From the NCBI RefSeq assembly GCF_009914755.1, contig NC_060926.1: a DNA stretch of 64,000 bases. One strand, given 5' to 3'. Source of the stretch: the human T2T-CHM13v2.0 reference genome, Homo sapiens. The position numbers and the translations under genes were made by a program. Positions 42,161 to 55,289 of this stretch are shown here, piece by piece. The notes beneath the pieces are model-generated. The model worked only from the letters and a program-made list of their open reading frames with translations. It was not told the origin of the DNA and searched no databases. Position 1 is the first letter of the stretch; each line of letters opens with the position of its first letter.

Positions 42161-45100
42161 CAAGGTTTTTTTCTAACTGAAACATCACAAAAGTAAAATC
42201 TGATAAATTAATTTTAGATCCTGATGTGCTTTTTCTAATAGCAATATTGCTTTTGCATTACTGTTGACTGTGGTTGTGTTAGTTTTATTTATTTTTTAAC
42301 ATTACAAATCTATTTATTTATTTTTCCATAAGTGTTTGGGGTACAGGTGGTATTTGGTTACATGAGTAGGTTCTTTAGTGGTGATTTGTGAGATTTTGGT
42401 GCATCCATCACCCGAGCAGTATACACTGCACCATATTTGTAGTCTTTTATCCCTCACCCCCCTCCCCAATTCCCCCCAAGTCCCCAAAGTCCATTGTATC
42501 ATTATCATGTCTTTGCGTCACTACTTAGCTACCACATATCAGTGAGAACATATGATGCTTGGTTTTCCATTCCTGAGTGACATCACTTAGAATAATAGTC
42601 TCCACTCTCATCCAGGTCACTGCAAATGCTGTAAATCCATTCCTTTTTATGACTATGTAGCATTCCATCATATATATATATGTATGTATGTACATACACA
42701 CACACTACAGTTTCTTTATCCACTCATTGATTGATGGGCATTTGGGTTGGTTGATGGTCATTTGGGGTGGTTCCATGATTTTGCAGTTGTGAATTGTGCT
42801 ACTATAAACATCTGTGCGCAAGTATCTTTTTTGAATAATGACGTCTTTTCCTCGGGGTAGATACCCAGTAGTGGGATTCCTGGATCAAATAGATCTATTT
42901 TTAGCTGTTTAAGGAATCTCCACACTGTTTTCCATAGTGGCGGTACTAGTTTACATTCCCACCAGCAGTGTAGAAGTGTTCCCTGTTCACTGCATCCACG
43001 CCAGTGTCTACTGTTTTTTTATTTTTTTATTATGGCCATTCTTGCAGGAGTAAGGTGGTATTGCATTGTGATTTTGATTTGCATTTCCCTGATCATTAGT
43101 GATGTTGAGCATCTTTTCATATGTTTGTTGGCCATTTGTATATCTTCTTTTGAGAATTGTCTATCCTTAGCCCACTTTTTGATGGGATTGTTTTTTTTCT
43201 TACTGATTTGTTTGAGTTCATTGTAGATTCTGGATATTATTTCTTTGTTAGATGCATAGATTATGAAGATTTTCTCCCATTCTTTGGGTTGTCTCTTTAC
43301 TCTGCTGACTTTTCCTTTTGCCATGCAAAAGTTCTTTAGTTTAATTAGGTCCCAACTATTTATCTTTGTTTTTATTGCATTTCCTTTTGGGTTCTTGGTC
43401 ATGAAATCTTTGCCTATAAGCCAATGTCTAGAAGGGTTTTTCAATGTTTTCTTCTAGAATTTTTATAGTTTCAGGTCTTAGGTTTAAGTCCTTAATCCAT
43501 CTTGAGTTGATTTTTCTTTAAGGTGAGAGATGAAGATCCAGTTTCATTCTCCTACATGTGGCTAGCCATTTATCCCAGCACCATTTATTGAAAAGGGTGT
43601 CCTTTTCCCCACTTTATGTTTTGTTTGCTTTATCAAAGATCAGTTGGCTGTAAGTATTTGGGTTTATTTCTGGGTTCTATATGCCATTGGTCTATATGCC
43701 TATTTTTATACCAGTGCCATGCTGTTTTGGTGACTATGGCCTTACAGTATAGTTTGAAATCAGGTAATGCAATGCCTCCAGATTTGTTCTTTTGCTTAGT
43801 CTTGCTTTGGCTATGTGGGCTCTTTTTTGGTTCCATATTAGTTTTAGAATTGTTTTTGCTAATTCTGTGAAGAATGATGGTGGTATTCTGATGGGGATTG
43901 TGTTGAATTTGTAGATTGCTTTTGGCAGTATGCTCGTCTTCAAATATTGATTCTACCCATCTGTGAGCATGGGATGTATTTCCATTTGTTTGTGTCATCC
44001 ATGATTTCTTTCAGCAGTGTTTTAGTATAGAGGTTTTTTGACCCTTTGTTAGGTATATTCCTAAGTATTTTTTTTTTTTGCAGCTATTGTAAAAGGGGTT
44101 GAGTTCTTGATTTGATTCTCTGATTGATCGCTGTTGGTGTATAGAAGAGCTACTGATTTGTTTACATTAATCTTGTATCTGGAAACTTTGCTGAATTCTT
44201 TTATCAGTTCTAGGAGCTTTCTAGAGGAGTCCTTAGGGTTTTCAAGGTAAACAATCATATCATCAGCAAACAGTGACAGTCTGACTTCCTCTTTACCGAC
44301 TTGGATGCCCTTTCTTTCTTTCTCTTGTCTGATTGCTCTGGCTAGGACTTTCAGTACTATGTTGAAGAAGAGTGGTGAGAGTGGGCATCCTTGTCTTGTT
44401 CCAATTCTCAGAGGGAATGCTTTCAACTTTTCCCCATTCAGTATTATGCTGGCTGTGGGTTTGTCACAGATGGCTTTTATTACATTGAGGTATGTCCCTT
44501 GTATGCCGATTTTGCTGAGAGTTTTAATGATAAAGGGATGCTGGATTTTGTCAAATGCTTTTTCTGCACCTATTGAGATGATCATGTGATTTTTGTTTTT
44601 AATTCTGTTTATGTGGTGTATTGCATTTATTAGCTTGTGTATGTTAAACCATTCCTGCATCCCTGGTACGAAACCCACTTGATCATGGTGGATTATCTTT
44701 TTGATATGTTGTTGGATTCAGTTAGCTAGTATTTTGCTAAGGATTTTAGCATCTGTGTTCATCAAGGATATCGGTGTGTAGTTTTCTTTTTTGGTAATGT
44801 CCTTTCCTGGTTTTGGTATTAGGTTGATGCTGGCTTCATAGAATGAATTAGGGAGGATTCCTTCTTTCTCTATCTTGTGGAATAGTGTCATAAGGATTGG
44901 TACCAATTCTTTGAATGTCTGGTAGAATTCTGCTGTAAATCCATCTGGTCCTAGACCTTTTTTGGCTGGTAATTTTTAAATTATCATTTCAATCTCACTG
45001 CTTGTTATTGGTCTATTCAGGGTATCTAATTCTTCCTGATTTAAGCTAGGAGGGTTTCATTTTTCCAGGAATTTATCCATCCCTTCTAGATTTTCTAGTG

Positions 45101-45912
45101 TATGTGTGTAAAGGTGTTCATAGTAGCTTGAATGATCTTTTGATTTCAGTGGTGTCAGTTGTAATATCTCCTGTTTCATTTCTTAGTGAGGTTTTTTTGG
45201 ATTTTCTCTCTTCTTTTCTTGGTTAATCTTGCTAATGGTCTATCAATTTTATTTATCTTTTCAAAGAACCAGCTTTTTGTTTCATTTATCTTATGTATTT
45301 TGTTGTTGTTGTTGTTATTTCAATTTCATTTAGTTCTGTGCTGATCTCGGCTGTTTTCTTTCTTCCGCTGGGTTTAGGTTTGGTTTGTTCTTGTTTGTCT
45401 AGTTCCTTGAGGTATGACCTCAGATTGTCTGTCTGTGCTCTTTCAGACCTTTTGATGTAGGCATTTAGGGCTATGAACTTTCCTGTTAGCACCACCTTTG
45501 CTGTATCCCAGAGGTTTTGATAGGTTGTGGCATCATTGTCATTCAGTTCGAAGAATGTTTTAATTTCCATCTTGGTTTTGTTTTTGACCCAATGCTCATT
45601 CAGCAGGTTATTTAATTTCCACGTATTTGCATGGTTTTGAAGGTTCCTTTTGGAGTCAATTTCCAGTTTTATTCCACTGTGATCTGAGAGAGTGCTTGAT
45701 GTAATTTCAGTTTTCTTAAATTTATTGAGGCTTGTTTTATGGCCTATCATATGGTCTATCTTGGAGAAAGTTCCATGCACTGTTGAATAGAATGTGTATT
45801 CTGCAGTTGTTGGATGAAATGTTCTGTATATATCTGTTAAGTCCATTTGTTCCAAGGTATGGTGTAAATCCATTGTTTCTTTGTTGACTTTCTGTCTTGA
45901 TGACCTGTCTAG

Positions 45913-46316
<404 letters not shown>

Positions 46317-47280
46317 TAAGTGTGGTAGCTCCAGTGTTAGGTGCATATATGTTTAGGATTGTGATATTTTCCTGTTGGACAAGGCCTTTTACCATTATAT
46401 ACTGTCCCTCTTTGTCTCTTAGCCACTGTTGCTTTAAAGTTTGTTTTGTCTGATATAAGAATAGCTACTCCTGCTTGCTTTTGGTGTCCATTTGCTTGGA
46501 ATGCCTTTTCCACCCCTTTACTTTAAGTTTATGTGAGTGTTTATGTGTCAGGTGAGTCTCCTGAAGGCAGCAGATGGTTGGTGAGTTCTTATCCATTCTG
46601 TGCTTCTGTATCTTTTAAGTGGAACATTTAGGCCATTACATTCAATGTTAGTGTTGAAATGTGAGGTACCATTGCTTTCATCATGCTCTTTGTTGCCTGT
46701 GTGCTTTGGTTTTGTTTTTTTGTTTTTGCTTTCTAACTTGTATTTTTGTTTTATAGATCCTGTGTGATTTATGCTTTAAAGAGGTTCTGTTTTGATGTGT
46801 TTCCAGGATTTGTTTCAAGATTTAGAGCTCCTTTTAGCAGTTCTTGTAGTGGTGGTTTGGTAGTGGAAAATTCTCTCAGCATTTGTTTGTCTGAAAACGA
46901 TTGTATCTTTCTTTCATATATGATGCTTACTTTTGCTGAATACAAAATTCTTGGCTAATAACTGTTTGAGGAGGCTGAAGATAGGTCCCCAATCCCTTTT
47001 AGCTTGTAGAGTTTCTGCTGAGAAATCTGCTGTTAATATGATAGGTTTTCCTTTATAGTTTACCTGGTGCTTCTGTCTCACAGCTCTAAAGATTCTTTCC
47101 TTTGTCTTAACTCTGGATAACCTGATGACAATGTGCCTAGGTGATCTTTTTGCAATGAATTTCTCAGGTGTTCTTTGTGCTTCCTGTATTTTCATGTCTA
47201 GGTCTCTCACAAGGCCAAGGAAGTTTGCCTCGATTATTCCCTCGAATATGTTTTCCAAGCTTTTAGAATTCTCTTCCTCC

Positions 47281-47577
47281 GGCCGGGCACAGTGGCTCAT
47301 GCTTGTAATCCCAGCACTTTGGGAGGCCAAGGCGGGCGGATCACGAGGTCAGGAGATCGAGACCATCCTGGCTGACGCAGTGAAACCCCGTCTCTACTAA
47401 AAATACAAAAAATTAGCCGGGCGTGGTAACGAGCGCCTATAGTCCCAGCTACTCAGGAGGCTGAGGCAGGAGAATGGCGTGAACCCGGGAGGCGGAGGTT
47501 GCAGTGAGCCGAGATAGTGCCACTGCACTCTGGCCTGGGCGAAAGAGCGAGACTCCGTCTCAAAAAAAAAAAAAAAA
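47281..47577 (+). mobile_element. AluY inserted in L1 ORF1
   Basis: Full dimer; TSD agaattctcttc(c/t)tcc. Confidence 0.94.
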
Positions 47578-49729
47578 GAATTCTCTTCTTCCTCAGGTAC
47601 ACCAATTATTCTTTGGTTTGATTGTTTAACATATCAAACCTTCTTGGAGGTTTTGTTCATATTTTCTTATTCTTTTTTCTTTTTCTTTGTTGGATGGGGT
47701 TAATTCGAAGACTTTGTCTTTGAACTCTTAATTTCTTTCTTCTACTTGTTCATTTCTATTGCTGAGACTTTCCAGAGCATTTCACATTCTAAAAATGTGT
47801 CCAAAGTTTCCTGAATTTTTGATCGTTTTTTCTTTAAGTTACTATTTCCATGAATATTTCTCCCTTCTTCCATCATTTTTTGGATTTCCTTGCTTTTGGC
47901 TTTGCCTTTCTCTGGTCTCTCCCTGATTAGCTTTATAACTAACCTCCTGAAATTCTTTTTCAGGTAAATCAGGAATTTCTTCTTGGTTTGGATCCCTTGC
48001 TGGTGAACTAGTGTGATTTTTTGGGGGGTGTTGAAGAGCCTTGTTTTGTCATATTACCAGAGTTGGTTTTTTTGGTTCCTTCTCATTTGGGTAGGCTCTG
48101 TCAGAGGGAAGGTCTAGGGGTGAAGGCTGTTGTTCAGATTCTTTTGTCCCACGGGTGTTCCCTTGATGTAGTACTCTCCCCCTTTTCCTATGGGTATGGC
48201 TTCCTGTGAGCTGAACCACAGTGATTGTTGTCTCCCTTCTGTGTCTAGCCATCCAGTGAGTCTACCCGGCTCCAGGCTGGTACTGGGGGTTGTCTGCACA
48301 GAGTTCTGTTATGTGAACTGTCTGCGAGTCTCTCAGCTGTGGATACCAGTGCCTGTTCTGTTGGAGGTGGCAGAGGGTGTAATGGACTCCATGAGGGTCC
48401 TTAGCTTTGGTGGTCTAATGATCTATTTTTGTGCTGGTTGGCCTCCTGCCACAAGGTCGTGCTTTCCAGAAAGCATCAGCTGTAGTAGTGTGGAGAGGGA
48501 CCGGTAGTGGGCAGGGCCCTAGAACTCCCAAGATTATATGCCCTTTGTCTTCCACTATAATCAGCTCTTCAGTTTGTGTGGGAGCTGGGTGAGGCCTGTG
48601 ACTCCTGGCTTCCCCCACTTTCCTGACAACCTGCATGACTCAGCAGAGGCAGCCATAATCCTCCTAGGTAGAGACCTGGGAGTCTCACCCCCATCCCCCA
48701 CAGCAACCACAGCAAGACCCACCCAAGGAGAGTCTGAGCTCAGACACGCCTAGTCCTGTCCTTACCCGATGGTCCCAGCTTCAAGAAAAAAGGGCTTTAG
48801 TTCTTCCCCGGCCTGTGAAGTCTGCACACCCGATTGGTGCCCTCCCCCAAGTTATGGCCAGGAGGCTTCTCGCCCAGTTCAAATTGTTAAAAAGTTCAGC
48901 TAGAGAATTCCTTCTCCCTGTGGAGTTTTACCCCCTGCTCCTCTGGCCACCTTCCCGTTGGATCCCTATGGTGCTAGGCAGGAATGGGCTGCTCGGGGAC
49001 CCAGTGAACTCTCAGGGCCTTTTTGTTGCTTCCTCTACCCCTGTATTTGGCTTGGCTCTCTAGCTTGACTCAGTTCCAGGTAAAGTCGGAAACTTTTCCT
49101 GCAAACAGACCTTCAGCTTCTCCAGCGGGGGTGTGTGTTCCCACTTCCACAATTGGGGCACTCACAGTATTTGGGTGTCTCCTGGGTCCTGCAGGAGCAG
49201 TCTGCTTCCTTCAGAGGGTCTGTAGGTCCTCTTGGGATTGCTAGTTTGTTCTTGCAGTCCATCTGGAGCTAAAATTCACAGTGCAGGCCTCCGCATGCTG
49301 CCCTGTCCGGAGCTGCAATCTAGTCCTGCCTCCTGTCCGCCATGGTCCCGATCACTGGTTGCATAAGGTTAAGAGTGAGTGAATGATTAATGATAGTTGA
49401 TTAATGAGATAATGATTGCATTTTGAGTGGCTCTGGATGGATTAAAGAAACCACAGGGATTTCTGCTCTTGTGTAGTTGTGTATTTCTGCTTTTTACTGC
49501 TGATCCCTTGAATACTCACCAGATTGAAAAGCTGTGGCGAATGAAACATTTATGAGAGTCAGTTATTCTTTAGAAAGGTGTAGAACCAAAGCATTTGCCT
49601 TGGAATGTTTGTTAGGAAATTACTGCTTCTTAGGAATGCTAAATTAGTTCTGTTATCTTTCTGTGGTGAACTTGATAAATGGCTCAATATGTGCAGCATA
49701 GAATAACATAGTCGTATCTGGTTATTGAG

Positions 49730-50660
49730 TCATTCATTTATTTTCTCTGTGAGCTCACAGTACTTGCACACCTGCCACATGCCTGGTGTTGTTGTAGGTA
49801 CTAGGGCAGCAGTAAGGAACAAAACATAGAATCCTGCTTGCATGGAGCTCACATTATGATGGGGCAACAATGAACAAACAAGTAAGTAAAACTTATGAAT
49901 TGTCAGTTGGTGATAAGTGCTTTGGAAAAGAAAAAAAAACAAAGAAAAAAACTTGTAGACTTCTCTAAAAATAAATAAATAAATAAAAAGCCCTTAAAGC
50001 CCTTATCCTAAATTGGCACAGCCCCAGAGAGTGCCAGCATTGGAGGGGCTGCAGCTTTGAAGAGCATAGGTTCTATAAAGGCCTCTTTGGGATGATGATA
50101 TTTGAGCAAAGCTCTAACAAAGGTGAGGGAATGAGCCATGCCGAAATCCAGAGCGACAACGGGAAAGCAAAGGCAAAGGCTGTGGGTGGCAGCATGACTG
50201 GTGTGTCCACGTGGACTCACATCAGCCATGGGTGAACAGAAAATGATGTCACAGAGATGACGGGGTGAGAAAGTATAGGAGCAGATCATGTTGAGCTTGG
50301 AAGGTCATTGAGTAAGCTGGGAAACAGAAGATCGATGTGATTTGGTATTTACCTTTTTAAAGAGATCACTCTGATAGCAATGTAAACTCTAAGGTGACTA
50401 GGATAGAAGCAAGGGACTCAGGTGGGAGGCTATTACAGTAATCCAGGTGAGAGGTGGTGGTGGCTTGGACAGGGTGTGAGCAGTGGAGGTGGAGAAAAGG
50501 GGTCAGATTGGAATTATATTTTGAAGATAGAACTAGCAGGATTTATGGACAGACTAGATGGAGGAAGAGTGAGAGAGGAGGGGAATAGAAGATGACTATG
50601 GCCTTTGGCTTGAACAATTGGAAGGATGGAACATCATTTACTGAGAAGGTGAAGACTGAG
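49730..50660 (-). mobile_element. L2-like relic
   Basis: tcattcatttatt tail followed by purine-rich L2-type sequence (ggaggctattacagtaatccaggtgaga). Confidence 0.65.
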
Positions 50661-51432
50661 GGAGGACCTCAGTGCACACTGCTGTTTCTTATTTATTTGC
50701 CATGCCTGCATATTTTTTTCTTTTTGTATTTGTTTTAAACTCTGTAGCAGGGCCTTTGACTTGATCTTTTTCCATTCTCTTAAATGTAGTCAATAAAATG
50801 TACAGAGAGTAACTTTGGGGGGAAATGAAGTATTTCTTTAAAAAATGATTTGATAAATAGACCTATAAAAAGAAATAACCATCACATCACAGACTGTTCT
50901 AGTAACATGTCTGCAGTTTGAAGAGGTCAGAACTATTAATATAATGGAGATATAGCACTTACTTTGTGTTGAAAGGCAGAGTATTTCTTCTGTTTCACTA
51001 AAGTAGCCTATAGGTAAAATGTCATGATGTCAAATGCAGATTTGACATTTTCAGAGAGCTGAGCAACTTCTTGTAAATTAGTTTCTTGAATGTGACCGTT
51101 CTATGTACCAAGCTGATTCATTTCCTTCATTGTCCATTTTAATCTCTTCTACTTTTAACTCTGTAGGCAAGTGAATGTGACTTGTTATTCTGGTCCATCT
51201 CACCATAAACAGAGGAAACATATAAAATGCATGCACTGTGTGGCCCTTACTTACTTATTTTACCAATAATAGGATAAATAATTTGAATTAATAACGTATT
51301 TAAGGAGTTGCATGTGTTTTTCTCAATGTTTCTAGTTATATATATCCACCATGCTTGCATTATATATAGTATGTACATTATCTGAAGGTACCTAGCATGC
51401 TGAATATTAACTAAAAAGATAATATTTTGCAG

Positions 51433-51483
51433 TGCCCACCAAATCTTCATAAGCAAGACGGATATGCATGCAATCAAAATCAG
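51433..51483 (+). CDS. ADAM23: ADAM23 exon ~19 (CPPNLHKQDGYACNQNQ)
   Basis: ttgcag|TGCCCA ... AATCAG|gtatgc; 51 nt; phase 0/0. Confidence 0.95.
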
Positions 51484-52197
51484 GTATGCTGGGCTATAAA
51501 TTTTAAGTGTAATTTAAAAAGGATTCATTGGAAAGTTTTTTTTCCTTTTTTGATAAATATTAATATAACTTTGAAGGGAATTTTACTCAAGTAAATTATT
51601 ATAGTGGGATTCTAATTTAGAGTTGCTTCATGTTATGCCAAATATTAAATATATTTACCTCTGGTGACAAATTGTCCAGATTAAGAGAAAAAAAAAAAGA
51701 ATGTAATGGCTGAAGAACTGGGAGTCTCATTTATTGAGTTGTGACCATCTTTCAGTAATTTCAGCCTGCCTGGTGTGTGAAAGAAAATATGACAATCTGT
51801 CATGAGTTTTTTTTCCCCTGAAGCCATATTATAACCTACAGGTGAGTATCATGATGTCAAATGCAGATTTGATGTTTCCTAACCATCCATACACAAAAGA
51901 AGCTAAAAATCATTTTGGTGTCTCTCACAGAAATGTACCAATTTTTGTTTGCTGTAAAATTTCAAATTGTAGATGTTTAGTTTACATTTAGAGAGCTGTA
52001 CAATGAGTTCTGTTTAGAGTTTTAAAGTTTTAACTCTTATTCTTGAGATATTTGTGATCCTTACTGGTCACTATAAAAATATTAGGGTATGAAATGAAAA
52101 AACTTTATCCAAGTGAACCAGAAGGAGACATTGTAGTAAAAACATTGGGGAAGACAAACTGACTCTGTGTGCCTCACATGTGTGCTCCTGTCCCCAG

Positions 52198-52261
52198 GGC
52201 CGCTGCTACAATGGCGAGTGCAAGACCAGAGACAACCAGTGTCAGTACATCTGGGGAACAA
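52198..52261 (+). CDS. ADAM23: ADAM23 exon ~20, Cys-rich domain (GRCYNGECKTRDNQCQYIWGT)
   Basis: ccccag|GGCCGC ... GAACAA|gtaggt; 64 nt; CYNGxC and QCxxIWG motifs. Confidence 0.96.
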
Positions 52262-53251
52262 GTAGGTCGCACCTCCTTGCTTGGCGGTTACACATACCAT
52301 TTTCTCTTAATAGTGTTCTTCTCTGCCAGTCTTGCTGAGAGAGATGCACAGCTTGGAGTGATGTTTTAAAAAAATCTAGAAAGGATGAGAATAAAGAGAA
52401 CTGTGAATCTTAGTCACAAAAACTATAGAAAACAACTGCTTAAGTTGGGTACTTGTCAAAACTGAGCAGTGCCATTTAATGGCTGTGGCTCTCAGAGAAG
52501 GGGTGTTGCATTCATTTGCAAAGATTGGGTTGAGTACAGTGTGATTATCCAGCCACTTGTGTGATTTATTTTGTACCTTGGTTTTAACATTTGACCCCCT
52601 TTTTTTCCATTAACACACACACAAGTTAGCTTTCTGGTTTTTACCGCAGGAAAATACCAGACTTATTTTTTAAATTTTGTCATTTACTGTCTCACTTCAA
52701 AGTGAAGAGATGCATGTACTTCCTGAGATGCAGATAGGTACATGGCTGTGATTCTTAGTACATTCCGTAAAAGTTCACGTGCATATCCTCTTCCTGACAT
52801 TTACAGTGCCTCTCCAATAATATCAGTTCATGAGGGCCAGACGGGGGGAAGAATGAGAAATGCGTCTGCCTTTCTAGCCAAGGCTGGGTTCACCCCAAAG
52901 GAAAAGAAAGCACACAGAATGAGAACAGGGCTCTGGCATGAGTGATTTTAGAGTTTGGCAAATATCATTTATTTGACTGATTTACATTCAGTGCTTTAGT
53001 TTTGACAGAGAAAAGATAATAGACATATTTGTATTTTGAAAGGTTTAATTATCAAAACTCAGGTGCCAACATAAAATCTCAATAGGCTACGACTTTATAA
53101 TTATCTCCTAATATTGATATAAAACAAGATTAAGAATGTTAGTTTCCTGTGTGTCAGTCACTTCACCAATTCCTGCTGATAATCATTCGCACCTTCCATC
53201 CTCAAACTCACCAACAAGGATTGGAGAGAAATTTATTTCTCAGGCTAAAAA

Positions 53252-53458
53252 CAGTGTTGTTTTGGAGCTTTTTTGTATTAGCTTGCAAGAGCCAATTGTT
53301 AAATTTTCAGGAATTTTGGAAGCCCATGGATATCACATTGAGTGTGAAATCAGCCATGGAGAATTTATACCATGGAAACTTGCAAATGCTACAAATCAGG
53401 ATGTTCTTTTTCCTTGCTCTGGAGAATCGGGTGTTAAACACTTACTGGCACACTACTG
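53252..53458. mobile_element. MER63-like hAT relic just upstream of exon ~21
   Basis: gagccaattgttaaattttcaggaatttt core; cagtgttg...cactactg ends. Confidence 0.6.
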
Positions 53459-53515
53459 GTTATGGATAACAAAGAAAATGAAAATTAATTTTCTTCTCTT
53501 GCCTATCTCCAAAAG

Positions 53516-53621
53516 AGGCTGCAGGGTCTGACAAGTTCTGCTATGAAAAGCTGAATACAGAAGGCACTGAGAAGGGAAACTGCGGGAAGGATGGAGACCG
53601 GTGGATTCAGTGCAGCAAACA
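53516..53621 (+). CDS. ADAM23: ADAM23 exon ~21 ([35 protein letters not shown])
   Basis: caaaag|AGGCTG ... CAAACA|gtgagt; 106 nt; GNCG motif. Confidence 0.95.
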
Positions 53622-54207
53622 GTGAGTGGTCAGCTCTAAGGGCATAGTCACTGGACTTGGAAGCCCTTCTTATGCAAGTGCAAAATGAGCACAAAATAAA
53701 TGCTAATGATTTTTTTCTAAGTGTTCACCATTCCAAAATTTAAAGTATTTATTTTTAATAGGTATTATTATATCTAGAGGCAAATGGCTATAGATTAAAC
53801 TGTTACTATGCTACAGATTCATGCCATTTTCACAAAATTCAGAAAATTTCTCAGGTGCCACATTTTACTTCATTTTTGTTCTGACGAGATACTTTGCCAG
53901 AGCATTACAAATTAATACTAGCTTTTAATTTTCTACTTTTACTAGAATATATGGCCTATGAGTGTAGTAGTATACATGTAGTTTAAATGCAAACTATATA
54001 GACCGTATATATTTTTGCGACCAACGTGAAATCTTACTGTGTTTTTTATCATTTCACAAGTGTAGTAACATTTGATTTAATCAGATATCTAATATCTACA
54101 CCAGAGATTTTTTTTCCCTTCCAAAAAGCATCTAGTTAGTACATATTAAAGCCATCTTTACTCAGGAAATGAGATGCTTTCAGAGCACATTGATATTTCT
54201 TTCTCCC

Positions 54208-54504
54208 TTTCTTTTTTTTTTCGAGACTGAGTCTCGCTTTATCACCCAGGCTGGAGTACAGTGGCATGATCTCAGCTCACTGCGACCTCCACCTCCTGGG
54301 TTCAAATGATTCTCGTGCCTCAACCTCCTGAGTAGCTGGGATTACAGGCATCTGCCACCATGCCCGGCTACTTTTTGTATTTTTAGTAGAGATAGGGTTT
54401 CACCATGTTGGCCAGGCTGGTATTGAACTCCTGGCCTCAAGTGATCCGCCCTCCTCAGCCTCTCAAAGTGCTGGGATTATGGGCGTGAGTCACCACGTCC
54501 AGCC
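54208..54504 (-). mobile_element. AluS
   Basis: Full dimer; TSD tgatattt. Confidence 0.93.
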
Positions 54505-55156
54505 TGATATTTATTTGATTAGTTGAGGAAAGTTAGAATTCTCATTAATTAGGTTATTAAGGTTAATTGAATTACTGTGGAACAATGGAATCATTAAGGA
54601 ATAGCCCAAACCTCTTTCCTTTTCCTTCTAAAGCAATGAAAATTCTCCTAATTTTGAAGCAGAGCAAGAATTTAAGGGAAGCTTTATTCTCAGTTAATGA
54701 TCTCTGCTATATTTTACAAAACTTTGCATTTCCATTTAGTCTTTGATGATGGATGAGGCCACAGTAGGCAACAAATCTTTGACTATAATTTTTAAAAAAT
54801 TAAACCAAAATAATAGAGAACAGAGCTTCTTATCTGATGTCTCATAAGTGAAGCACAGATGTTCCAAGGTGTTGATCCTCAGTCCTCGAGGTGTCAGGGG
54901 ATAGGAGCAAGGGGAGCCTGAAGTAGTCAAAATCCATGGGATTGGACATCTTGAATTTGATTAGCTTTATTCATTCACTCCATGTCCTAGAGAATCTGAT
55001 TATCTCTCTGTGTCTCATGACCTCAAAAAGTTTGAGAGGCATTGGATTAGATTATTGTAAAGGATAGCTTTTGAGTATCTGGTAATAGAATACCCAATCC
55101 CCAATAAGTTAAGGGAAATTAATGTGTTTGAAACTTGAAAAAATCATGAAATATAT

Positions 55157-55275
55157 GACCAGACACGATGGCTTATGCCTGTAATCCCAGCACTTAGGGA
55201 GGCTGAGGCGAGTGGATCGCTTGAGTCCAGGAGTTCAAGACCAGTCTGGACAACATAGTGAGTCCTCATCTCTAT
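55157..55275 (+). mobile_element. Alu left monomer (FLAM-like)
   Basis: cctgtaatcccagcac...ggagttcaagaccag. Confidence 0.8.
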
Positions 55276-55289
55276 TTTTTTTTTAAGTT

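Noticed and set aside
51161-51176. ctgtag|GCAA|gtgaat or AG|GCAAGT as a tiny exon or recursive site
   Set aside because: 4 nt is out of frame and the GC donor is non-canonical; unsupported.
51022-51872. Repeated hairpin read as CRISPR-like repeats or C/D snoRNAs
   Set aside because: Only two clear copies 827 bp apart in a eukaryotic intron; no complete RUGAUGA plus CTGA with terminal stem.
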